DNA of 64,000 nucleotides, taken from positions 110,672,001 to 110,736,000 of the forward strand of contig NC_086108.1 of the NCBI RefSeq assembly GCF_963921235.1. The letters run 5' to 3'. The translations under genes and the position numbers were made by a program. Shown piece after piece: positions 24,673-35,390 of the stretch; positions within the stretch are counted from its first letter, which is position 1; each line of letters opens with the position of its first letter. This DNA is from Mobula hypostoma. Lineage: Eukaryota. Under the pieces are notes generated by a model. That model worked only from the letters and a program-made list of their open reading frames with translations. It had not been told where the DNA came from and made no database searches.

Positions 24673-25042
24673 CAATAAATTCAGTGATCATTGCAAAGGC
24701 ACAGAATGGTGCAAAGATATGCAATGTGCAGAAGCAGTACAATAAGAATTGCTAAACAATAACGAGAGAAGTAAAATTCAGAGTCTGAGGAGATGGCATC
24801 CTCACAGGGAAGGGGATGTGAGAGGTGACTGGTTCAGGAGTTTGGCAGCAGGATTCCGAAGTTCAAAGTAAATTTATTATCAAAGTACATGTCACCATGT
24901 ACAACTCTGAGATTTATTTCTTGTGGGCAATCTGTTAATACAAAGAAACACAATAGAATCAAGGAAAGACCACACACAAAATAGACAAACAACAGAGTTT
25001 AAATACAAAATAATAATAATAATAAATAAACAAATAAGCAAT

Positions 25043-26001
25043 AGTTGTTTACAATATATATTAATGACTTGGATGAGGGAATTAAATGCAGCATCTCCAA
25101 ATTTGCGGATGACACGAAGCTGGGTGGCAGTGTTAGCTGTGAGGAGGATGCAGGGTGACTTGGATAGGTTGGGTGAGTGGGCAAATTCATGGCAGATGCA
25201 ATTTAATGTGGATAAATGTGAAGTTATCCACTTTGGTGGCAAAAACAGGAAAACAGATTATTATCTGAAAGGTGGCCGATTAGGAAAAGGGGAGGTGCAA
25301 CGAGACCTGGGTGTCATTATACACCAGTCATTGAAAGTGGGCATGCAGATACAGCAGGCGGTGAAAAAGGCGAATGGTATGCTGGCATTCATAGCAAGAG
25401 GCTTCGAGTACAGGAGCAGGGAGGTACTACTGTAGTTGTACAAGGCCTTGGTGAGACCACACCTGGAGTATTGTGTGCAGTTTTGGTCCCCTAATCTGAG
25501 GAAAGACATCCTTGCCATAGAGGGAGTACAAAGAAGGTTCACCAGATTGATTCCTGGGATGGCAGGACTTTCGTATGATGAAAGACTGGATGAACTAGGC
25601 TTATACTCGTTGGAATTTAGAAGATTGAGGGGGGATCTTATTGAAGCATATAAAATCCTAAAGGGATTGGACAGGCTAGATGCAGGAAGATTGTTCCCGA
25701 TGTTGGGGAAGTCCAGAACGAGGGGTCACAGTTTGAGGATAAAGGGGAAGCCTTTTAGGACCGAGATTAGGAAAAAACTTCTTCACACAGAGAGTGGTGA
25801 ATCTGTGGAATTCTCTGCCACAGGAAACAGTTGAGGCCAGTTCATTGGCTATATTTAAGAGGGAGTTAGATATGGCCCTTGTGGCTAAAGGGATCGGGGG
25901 TATGGAGGGAAGGCTGGTACAGGGTTCTGAGTTTGATGATCAGCCTCAAAGGGCCGAATGGCCTACTCCTGCACCTATTTTCTATGTTTCTATGTTTTTT
26001 C
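25043..26001 (+). mobile_element. Young 5'-truncated CR1 LINE (copy B), inserted in a minus-strand Rex1-like tail
   Basis: Nearly identical to copy A, with an 11-bp deletion near 25151, a stop at 25433-25435 and a TTTCTATG tail. Host sequence caata/aatatcaagaacatgag lies on either side. Confidence 0.93.
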
Positions 26002-26433
26002 TAAATATCAAGAACATGAGATAAAGAATCCTTAAGAGTGAGTCCATAGATTGTGGGAACAGTTCACTGATGGGGTGAGTGAAGTTATGTCCTCTGGTTC
26101 AAGAGCTTGATGGTTGAGGGGTAATAACTGCTTCTGAACCTGGTGGTGTGGGACGTAAGGCTCCTGCACCAAGGACGTTGCTGTTCCCATACTAGGCCGT
26201 GATGCAACCAGTCAGTTATACTTTCCACCATGCATCAATAGAAGTTTGTCGAATTGTCAGAGTTTTTGATGACATGCTAAAGCTTCACAAAACTTCTACA
26301 AAAGTAGGGACTTCCTTCCAAATTGTCCTTTCATGCTGGACTCAGGACCGATCCTCTGAGATGATAACACCAAGGAATTTAAAGTTGCTGATCCTCTCCA
26401 CCTCTGATCCCCAGATGAAGACTGGCTTGTGAA

Positions 26434-26777
26434 CAATGTTCCCTCTAGGCTGTGCACCATGTGCACACACACATCCTTTGCTGCTACTGCACAAAGGAAT
26501 TTAAACTGCACACAAAAGATTGTCACCCTCTGCCTTGTTGGCAAGTTAAGCATATTTCAGAAACGTACACAATCACATTTCCTTTTCCAGTTTCTGATGC
26601 GGACGGGGTTGACAGCATGGAATCTGTGAAGATTTGTCTGCAGATTTTAGAACAGGCTTATTTACTGTTTTTATGAAGAAATTATTCAGTGTGCACATGT
26701 TTTTGGCACTGGGCAAAGAAATTGCACAGCACAAGATTTTTATGCACACTGGTCATTACAAATTCGAGGGAATATAG
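26434..26777. mobile_element. hAT-type MITE (344 bp) with 8-bp TSD
   Basis: Terminal inverted repeats caatgttccctct ... cgagggaatatag; flanking cttgtgaa (26426-26433) and ctcatgaa (26778-26785). Confidence 0.7.
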
Positions 26778-28124
26778 CTCATGAACTTCTGGTTTTCTCT
26801 TCTGCTGGTTTCATCGGCCCAGAGTAGAGCAGGTAGAGCAGTTACCATTCTCGGCTGAGATATAACCTGTCAGGATACTTTCTGTTATTATATCTGTGGA
26901 GATTTATACCTCCTCCTTTCATTAGCCACCTAATTATTTTAAATGTACAAGAATGAGGGTGGAACTGATTGAAACCTATGAAATGTTGAAAAGCCTAGAT
27001 AGAATGGATGTAACGAGGGTGTTTTATGTAGTGCGGGAGTCTAGGATCAGAGAACACAGCCTCAGAATAGAAGAACATCCCTTTAGAACAGAGATGAGGA
27101 GGAATTTCTTTAAGCCAGAGGATGGTGAATCTGTGGAATTCATTGCCACAGATGGCTGCGAAGGCTAAGTCATTGGGTATACTTAAAGCAGAGGTCGATA
27201 GGTTGATTAGTCAGGGTGTCAAAGGTTACGGGGAGAAGGCAGGGGAATGGGGTTGACAGTGATGATAAATCAGTTGTGATGGAATGGTGGAGCAGACTCG
27301 ATGGCAAACTAGCCCAATTCTGCTCCTATCTCTTATCATCTTATGGTCTAAAGAGTTCTTGAAAATGAGTGCATAGGTTGTGTGAACAGTTCAGTGTTGG
27401 AGTGAGTGAAGTTATCCCCTCTGGTTCAAGAACCTGATGGTTGAGCGGGAGATAGCAGGGGTAGATCTTTTGCAAGCTGTATTGGTTGTTTGCCATGGGT
27501 GTGGTTCTGTGTTGTGGCTTCACCAAGATGAGATTCATGAATCAGGTTTATTGTCACTGATATATGAAGTGAAATTTATTGTTTTCTGGCATGGCAATAC
27601 GTAAAAATACTGTAAGTTACAATCAATCAATCAATAAATAAACAAACAAAAGAGGAATAGAGGGTCATAAACAGAAGAGATTCTGCAGATGCTGGAAATC
27701 CAGAGCAACACACACGAAATGCTGGGGGAACTCAGCAGGTCAGTCACATGAATGCAGAGGAATGAACAATCGACATTCGTGAGGTAGTGTCCATGGATTC
27801 ATGGACCATTCAGAAATCTGATGGCAGAAAGGAAGGGACTGTTCCTGAATTGCCGAGTGTGGGGCTTCAGGCTCCTGTACCTCCACCTTGATGGTGGCAT
27901 TGAGAACAGGGCATGTCATTGGCGGTGAGAATCTTTACTGATAGATGTGGTCTTTGAGTGGCATCACCTTTGGATCAATTCCTCAATGCTGGGGAGGCTA
28001 GCGTCCATCATGGAGCTGGCTGAGCTTACAACTATCTGCAGCTTTTTCTGATTCTGCACAGTGGCCCCTCCGCACCAGACGGTGATGAAACTCGTCAGAA
28101 TGGGCTCCACGGCACATCTGTAGA

Positions 28125-28888
28125 CATATGCTTGGGCCCACATGATTTCCTTCACCTTGTAGCCATTCTGCAGGAATGTCATGTGCAATTGTCTTATTTC
28201 CTCGTAGAGACTCTCTGGGTCCGAAATAGTTTTTGCACGGTTCATCAAAGTAGAAGGAAGCACCAGGAAACCTAACAATGAGGAGGAACTCATAGCTACT
28301 GCCTGTCTTCCCTATATTTCCACAGTTTCTGGAAGGATCGCCAGGATCCTGAAAAAAATACCATAACATGACCTGGGACTCAGGACAGCTGGCATTTACA
28401 GGATTCCCTGTGAATGCAGAGCAGCATATATCGGCCAGATGGCACGCACGGTAGAAACCCGCGTCAAGGAGCACAGCAGGTGTATCCGTTTGGATTACCT
28501 AGAGAAATCGGTGGTAGCAAAATATTGCATTCGCAACAGCCATAGGATTGACTTTGACGGCACAAAACCACTGCGCCGTGCCAATGGCTTTTGGGACCGC
28601 CTGGTAAAGGAAGCCATTGAAATAAAACTAGAGGAAAAGAATTTTAACAAAGATGAAGGTCCCGTTCTAATTAAGAACTTGAATTCGATTGTAAACAAAG
28701 TGGGATGGCAGAAACCTGATTGAATGAGGACTAACCAATCAGGAGGGCTGAATGATGGGGGTATAAATACCAGCAGACTAGACATGCCCAGGCATCATCC
28801 CTGGTGAAGATGGCAGAGTTTGTCATCGAAATGTCAGTTATAATTGATACTTGTACCCACTGAAAGCGCAAGAAATTTATTTGTCGTA
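28125..28888 (+). mobile_element. Penelope-like element fragment (RT C-terminus inverted at 28125-~28255, GIY-YIG endonuclease, 3' end with a decayed hammerhead motif)
   Basis: Plus strand TAGIYRIPCECRAAYIGQMARTVETRVKEH...RLVKEAIEIK...NFNKDEG; minus strand STLMNRAKTISDPESLYEEIRQLHMTFLQNGY; CTGGTGA-stem-GAAA at 28801-28835. Confidence 0.85.
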
Positions 28889-29298
28889 TACTTTATACTT
28901 TATTGTCGCCAAACAATTAATACTAGAACGTACAATCATCACAGCCATGTTTGATTCAGCGCTTCCTGCTTCCTGGATTACAAATCGATGGTAAATATTA
29001 AAAAATTAAATTATAAATCATAAATAGAAAATAGAAAAATGGAAAGTAAGGTAGTGCAAAAAAACAGAGACAGGTCCAGGTATTTGGAGGGTACGGCCCA
29101 GATCCGGGTCGGGATCCGTTCAGCTGTCTTATCACAGTTGGAAAGAAGCTGTTCCCAAATCTGGCCGCATGAGCCTTCAAGCTCCTGAGCCTTCTCCCGG
29201 AGGGAAGAGGGATGAAAAGTGTGTTGGCTGGGTGGGTTCTGTCCTTGATTATCCTGGCAGCACTGGTCCGACAGCGTGTGGTATAAAGTGAGTCCAAG
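28889..29298 (-). mobile_element. Rex1/Babar-like LINE 3' end
   Basis: ORF 29297-28998 (AARIIKDRTHPANTLFIPLPSGRRLRSL...RFGNSFFPTVIR). Confidence 0.8.
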
Positions 29299-30720
29299 GA
29301 TCAATGTGTGAGGTGTTGCACTTTGGTAGGACCAACTAGAGTAGGTCTTACACAGTATATGGTAGGGCACTGAGGAGTCTGGGAAGGCAACTCCATAATT
29401 CATTGAAAGTAGGTAGGGTTATAAAGAAAGCTTTTGGCACACTGGCCTTCATAAATCAAAGGATTCAATACGGGAGATGGGATGTTATGTTGAAGTTGTA
29501 TAAGACATTGGTGAGGCCTAATTTGGAGTATTGTGTGCAGTTTTGATCACCTATCTACAGCAAATTTGTAAATAAGGTTGAAAGAGTACAGAGAATATTT
29601 ACAAGGATGCTTATGCGGAGAATTACTTTAGACAGAGGGTGGTAAATCTGTGGAATTTGTTACCATGAGTGGCTGTGGAGGTCAAGTCACTGGGTGCATG
29701 TAAGGCAGAGATTTAGCCAGGGCATCAAAGGGTATGGGGAGAAGGCAGGGGAGTGGGGATGAATTGGATCAGCCCATGATTGAATGGCGGAGCAGACTTG
29801 ATGGGCCAAATGGCCTACTTCTCCTCCTTTATCTTATGGTCTTATGGATGTTGCCGGGACTGGAAGACCTGAGTTATAAGGAAAGATTGAATAGGTTAGG
29901 ACATTATTCCTTGGAACATAGAAGACTCAGAGGAAATTTGATAACGGTATACAAAATTATGAGTGGAATAGATAGGGTAAATGCAAGCAGGCTTTTTCCT
30001 CTGACTCATCATGATCAGCAATCACTCGTAGTCGAGTATGATTCTTCTCCTGGTGGTTGATCTGGTCACCTCGTGGGTTTGAGATGACTGAAGAGGTCGA
30101 TCTGTGATCCACAAGTCCTACTGCAGTGTTGGCAGGTGTAGGTCATTGAGGTGGTGATGGATATAGCTGGTTGGGCCTTTCCCAGTCTCTCCTTACGTTG
30201 AAGGTGCTTAGTCTCAGTGGGACGGTGGAGATATTCTTCGAGCTGTGCAGTCCCCTCATCCACAGTCCTTCTCCAGCTTTCCCTACCCCGTATTAATTTC
30301 TCCCATCCACTCAGGTTGCTGTGGCACTTCCTCAGCTGGGTCTTTATCGTCTCCTTGAACCGCTTTCTCTGCCCTCCAGGAGTGCGCTTCGCACCCTTGA
30401 GTTGGCCAAAGATGAGTTGTTTACGGAGGTGGGAGTCAAGCATATCGATGACATGGCCGACCCATCACAATTGGTGTTGAGTCACGATTGTGGCTATGGT
30501 TTTAATGTTAGCTTCCTCCAGGATGCTGGAGTTAGTACGCCTGTTCTTCCAGCTGACTCTCAGAAGATTGTGAAGATTGGTTGCAATGAAAACGACAGAG
30601 TTGGGGCAATGATGCACCCCTGTTCGACCCTGGTCACAACCTTGAAAGGTACTGTTTCAGAACAGCTGTTGCTGATAACTGTCGCACATATATCATTGGG
30701 TAAGAGCTGCAGGATCTTGA

Positions 30721-33640
30721 GGTGCCCAGGTTCTACCTGTTGCCCTGGCTATGAAGGATGGGTCTGGCCCCACTCCCGCGCAATGCCCCAGTCAGCTGGT
30801 CATTGCCGGCATACCTGTCCTACGTAGAAAAGTTCTTGCAGGAGAACGCCTTTGACCACAGGGCCATCAGGCAGTGGTTGGCACGTAATGTCCTGCAGGC
30901 ACTGCAGGAGAAGGACGTGATGGAAACGGTGGGGTGGTTCCCTGAGCAGACCGTCCAGTTCATCTGGCAAAATGCCTCATCGCCAGATCTCACCAACAGG
31001 CACCAAGACCTTGTCTGGCTGGCGGTGAGAGGGGCCCTCCCAGTCAGAGCCCTCCTGTACGCCCGGAACGTCATCTCCGCACCCCACTGCCCACGGGAGG
31101 ACTGCAGTGAGGAGGAGTCTGTGACCCACCTCTTTGCACACTGTCAGTTCGCAAAGAGGGTGTGGAGGAGGATGGACGGGCTGGTGTCACGTTTCATTCC
31201 CAGCAGCTGCGTAACAGAGGACTCTCTGATCTACGGGCTGTTCCCGGGGACGCACACGGAGACCAACATCCAGTGCTGCTGGCAGATCATCAACTCGGTG
31301 AAAGACGCTCTTTAGTCGGCCCGAAACTTGATGATCTACCAGCACATGGAGGTGTCCGTGGGAGAATGCTGCCGACCGGCACATTCTCGGCTGCAGGAGT
31401 ACGTGCTGAGGGACGCTCTGAAACTCGGTGCAGCCACCGCAAGAGCCCGGTGGGGAAGGACCACGGTATAGAAACATAGAAAATAGGTGCAGGAGTAGGC
31501 CATTCGGCCCTTTGAACCTGCACCGCCATTTATTATGATCATGGCTGACCATCCAACTCAGAACCCTGTACCAGCCTTCCCTCCATACCCCCTGATCCCC
31601 GTAGCCACAAGGGCCATATCTAACTCCCTCTTAAATATAGCCAATGAACTGGCCTCAACTGTTTCCTGTGGCAGAGAATTCCACAGATTCACCACTCTCT
31701 GTGTGAAGAAGTTTTTCCTCATCTCGGTCCTAAAAGGCTTCCCCTCTATCCTCAAACTGTGGACTCTCGTTCTGGACTTCCCAAACATCGGGAACAATCT
31801 TCCTGCATCTAGCCTGTCCAATCCCTTTAGGATCTTATACGTTTCAATCAGATCCCCCCTCAATCTTCTAAATTCCAACGAGTACAAGCCCAGTTCATCC
31901 AGTCTTTCTTCATATGAAAGTCCTGCCATCCCAGGAATCAATCTGGTGAACCTTCTTTGTACTCCCTCTAAGGCAAGGATGTCTTTCCTCAGATTAGGGG
32001 ACCAAAACTGCACACAATACTCCAGGTGTGGTCTCACCAAGGCCTTGTACAACTGCAGTAGTACCTCCCTGCTCCTGTACTCGAATCCTCTCGCTATAAA
32101 TGCCAGCATACCATTCGCCTTTTTCACCGCCTGCTGTACCTGCATGCCCACTTTCAATGATTGGTGTATAATGACACCCAGGTCTCGTTGCACCTCCCCT
32201 TTTCCTAATCAGCCACCATTCAGATAATAATCTGTTTTCCTATTTTTGCCACCAAAGTGGATAACTTCACATTTATCCACATTAAATTGCATCTGCCATG
32301 AATTTGCCCACTCACCCAACCTATCCAAGTCACCCTGCATCCTCCTCACAGCTAACACTGCCACCCAGCTTCGTGTCATGCGCAAACTTGGAGATGCTGC
32401 ATTCAATTCCCTCATCCAAGTCATTAATATATATTGTAAACAACTGGGGTCCCAGCACTGAGCCTTGCGGTACCCCACTAGTCACCGCCTGCCATTCTGA
32501 GAAGGTCCCGTTTATTCCCACTCTTTGCTTCCTGTCTGCTAACCAATTCTCCACCCACACCAATACCTTACCCCCAATACCGTGTGCTTTAAGTTTGCAC
32601 ACTAATCTCCTGTGTGGGACCTTGTCAAAAGCCTTTTGAAAATCCAAGTATACCACATCCACTGGTTCTCCCCTATCCACTCTACTAGTTACATCCTCAA
32701 AAAATTCTATGAGATTCGTCAGACATGATTTTCCTTTCACAAATCCATGCTGACTTTGTCCGATCATTTCACCGCTTTCCAAATGTGCTGTTATCACATC
32801 CTTGATAACTGACTCCAGCAGTTTCCCCACCACCGACGTTAGGCTAACCGGTCTATAATTCCCCGGTTTCTCTTTCCCTCCTTTTTTAAAAAGTGGAGTT
32901 ACATTAGCCACCCTCCAATCCTCAGGAACTAGTCCAGAATCTAACGAGTTTTGAAAAATTATCACTAATGCATCCACTATTTCTTGGGCTACTTCCTTAA
33001 GCACTCTAGGATGCAGACCATCTGGCCCTGGGGATTTATCTGCCTTCAATCCCTTCAATTTACCTAACACCACTTCCCTACTAACATGTATTTCGCTCAG
33101 TTCCTCCATCTCACTGGACCCTCTGTCCCCTACTATTTCTGGAAGATTATTTATGTCCTCCTTAGTGAAGACAGAACCAAAGTAATTATTCAATTGGTCT
33201 GCCATGTCCTTGCTCCCCATAATCAACTCACCTGTTTCTGTCTGCAGGGGACCTACATTTGTCTTTACCAGTCTTTTCCTTTTTACATATCTATAAAAGC
33301 TTTTACAGTCCGTTTTTATGTTCCCTGCCAGTTTTCTCTCATAATCTTTTTTCCCCTTCCTAATTAAGCCCTTTGTCCTCCTCTGCTGAACTCTGAATTT
33401 CTCCCAGTCCTCAGGTGAGTTTCTTCACCCACGGGAGTGGGAGGGGTCGGGTGGCGGGGAGTACACCCCTCAACAATGATGTGGTAAGGTGAACAACTGG
33501 AGTGCCACGTGGGTGGCCATACGTACGGATATGTACTGATAATAATGGGAATGTATGTAAAGGATGGAAAGTTATTGAATGGTTTATTGTATATAATTTT
33601 ATTTTTGAATAAAGTATATTTTGAAATTAAAAAGAAATAA
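30721..33640 (+). mobile_element. Tx1-clade LINE 3' part (ORF2 zinc finger 30721-31470; 3' UTR 33420-33640)
   Basis: HQDLVWLAVRGALPVR...CPREDCSEEESVTHLFAHC...ARWGRTTV*; the 3' UTR, with AATAAA and an A-rich tail, resumes after the CR1 insert. Confidence 0.82.
31468..33419 (-). mobile_element. Young CR1 LINE (copy C, about 1.95 kb, whole RT domain)
   Basis: ORFs 33226-32330 ([43 protein letters not shown]) and 32193-31558; nearly identical to copies A and B. Confidence 0.95.
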
Positions 33641-34219
33641 AATAATTTTTTCCGGGCACCAGATTTTAGACAGTACCTGTCAAAGGACAGGATGATTTAC
33701 AGAGCCAAAAGTTCTTGTAAGGTCTATGAAGGTCATATAAAATGGGAGATCTTGTTTCTGAGCTTTCTCCTGCAATAGACATGCTGAAAAAATCATGTCA
33801 GATGTTCCTCTGGCTGAGACTTGAACAGGAGGTCTATAAAATTCAGGCGAGTACCTTTCCTGTTGTAGAGAGGAGGGAGATGTCTCTATAATTTCCGCAG
33901 TCAGCTTTGTCACCTTCTTTGAAGAGTGTTCCTAAGTTCAGCTGGAATCAATAACTAGAACTCATATGTTAAGAGTGAAAGGTGAACAGTTTAAGAGGAA
34001 CATGAGGGGAAACTTCTTCACTTGAAGGGTCGTGAGAGAGTGGAATGAATGCAAGTGGTGCATGCGAGCCTCTTTTCAACGTTTAAGCGAAGTTTGGATA
34101 GGTACATGGATGATAGGGAGGGATATGGAGGGCTAGGGTCCAGGTATAGGTCAATTGGAGTAGGCAGTTTCAGCATGGACTAGATGGGCCGAAGGACCTG
34201 TTCCTGTGCTGTACTTTTC

Positions 34220-34680
34220 TGGAGGAACTCAATGGGTCAGGTAGCACCTAAGGAGGGAAATGAAGAGTTGACATTTTGGGCCGAGACCCTTCATCAGAGC
34301 TACCTCTGCAGAAAGCAGTTCACTTCCCTCCACAGATGTTGGTTGCCACGGTAGCGTGGTGGTTAGTGTGACACTATTACAGCTTGTGGTGTTCCAGAGT
34401 TTGGGGTTCAATTCCTGCTCCGCTTGTGAGGAGGATGTCTGTTTCCTTTGGGTGCTCTAGTTTCCTCCCGCCATCCAAAGACATGTGGGTGAATCGGTTA
34501 ATTGATCATTTTAAATTGTCCTCTGATTAGGCTAGGACTAATTAGGTGGGCTGCTGGGTGGTGAGGCTTGTTGGGCCAGAAGGGCCTGTTCCATGATGTA
34601 TTTCTAAATAAATAAAGCCTGGCCGTTCTTAGTTCCTCCAGTGTTTTGTGTGTATTGCTCCAAATTTTCAGCATCTGCAA
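34220..34680. mobile_element. Penelope-derived foldback remnant interrupted by a V-SINE (about 34341-34617, +)
   Basis: Minus-strand CTGATGAagggtctcggcccAAAAtgtc at about 34268-34297. The right arm cacagatgtt/gcctggcc is split by a SINE with A and B boxes. Confidence 0.6.
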
Positions 34681-35029
34681 TGCATAAAATATAGCAATAG
34701 AATTAGACCATTCGGCCCATCAAGGCTGGGTGGGATTAGTGTAACTGCTCAGCGTCAGTGGGAATAGGACTTGGTTCCATGCTGTACCTCTGTGATGACA
34801 GACCCTGTTCCACGATTCCATTAGAGACTGGAGTAGAGTCAGGCCGTTCAGCCCATCGAGTGAGTCAGCCCATTCAGCCTTTCGATCGTGGCTGGCATTT
34901 TTTCTTAACGCCTTTCTCATGGTAATCAAAAACCTATTAGTCAGAGATCGACAGGTCTTTAAGGTACAAAGTCTTTTTGGTGTGTGTGTATATAAAATTG
35001 TGAATGTGTACACTCATAAACTTATAAGT

Positions 35030-35390
35030 CCGCGTACAGTTGGCGAGGAGTTCTGCGCCTGCGCTCTAAGCCCAGCCGGAGCGCCGCCAGGTGGCAGAGC
35101 GGAGCGCTGACGTCGCTCGCCCGTTCCCGGAAGCGGAAGCGGGTGTGCGCGAAGAGTGACCACGAGCCGGCGCGACGGGACGATGGGGCCGAAGGAGCGA
35201 GGGGAGAAACGGCGGCGGGTGGAGCCAGGGGGACCGTCCCCGGCCTCAGCCGCGTCCCCTGACCCGTCTCCGGCTCCGGCCTCGGCCGAGCCGCAGTTCC
35301 CCGCCAGCTTCAGCGTGTCCGAGATCAAGAACAAGCAGCGGCGCCAGCTGATGTACCAGAGGTGGCGGCGGGCCCAGCGCAAGGTGAGGA
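35030..35390 (+). promoter_or_regulatory. CpG-island, TATA-less housekeeping promoter and first exon of RPF1
   Basis: Abrupt GC/CpG-rich island. It contains NRF1-like TGCGCCTGCGC (35054-35064), CTCF-like CCGCCAGGTGGCAG (35084-35097), CRE-like TGACGTC (35108-35114) and tandem ETS/GABP CCGGAAGCGGAAGC (35127-35140). Confidence 0.85.
35183..35383 (+). CDS. RPF1: Ribosome production factor 1, coding exon 1 (67 codons)
   Basis: acgATGG start. MGPKERGEKRRR...FSVSEIKNKQRRQLMYQRWRRAQRK matches the RPF1 N-terminal motif; donor AAG|GTGAGG. Confidence 0.93.

Larger units (their letters stand above)
30005..33945 (-). mobile_element. RTE-clade LINE (pieces 30005-30720 and 33641-33945) split by a Tx1 element
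   Basis: RGTSDMIFSACLLQEKA...FIDLTRTFGSVN...CPEKI joins across the gap to KILQLL...QGCIIAPTL. The C-terminus reads KQLIFGQL...GGQRKRFK...CQHCSRTCGSQIDLFSH. Confidence 0.8.
29299..34220 (+). mobile_element. Old CR1 fragment forming the outer shell (29299-30004 and ~33946-34220) of a nested RTE/Tx1/CR1 stack
   Basis: CR1 sequence (...ASRLFPL) stops at 30004 and resumes near 33950 (actagaactcatatgttaagagtgaaagg). A second CR1 3' end is inserted at about 29610-29845 with a ggatg duplication. Confidence 0.75.

Noticed and set aside
31535..32639. Plus-strand ORFs of 230 aa and 113 aa (and equivalents at 22174-22866 and 25261-25542 on minus)
   Set aside because: These are shadow frames on the antisense strand of CR1 ORF2, repeated in each copy.
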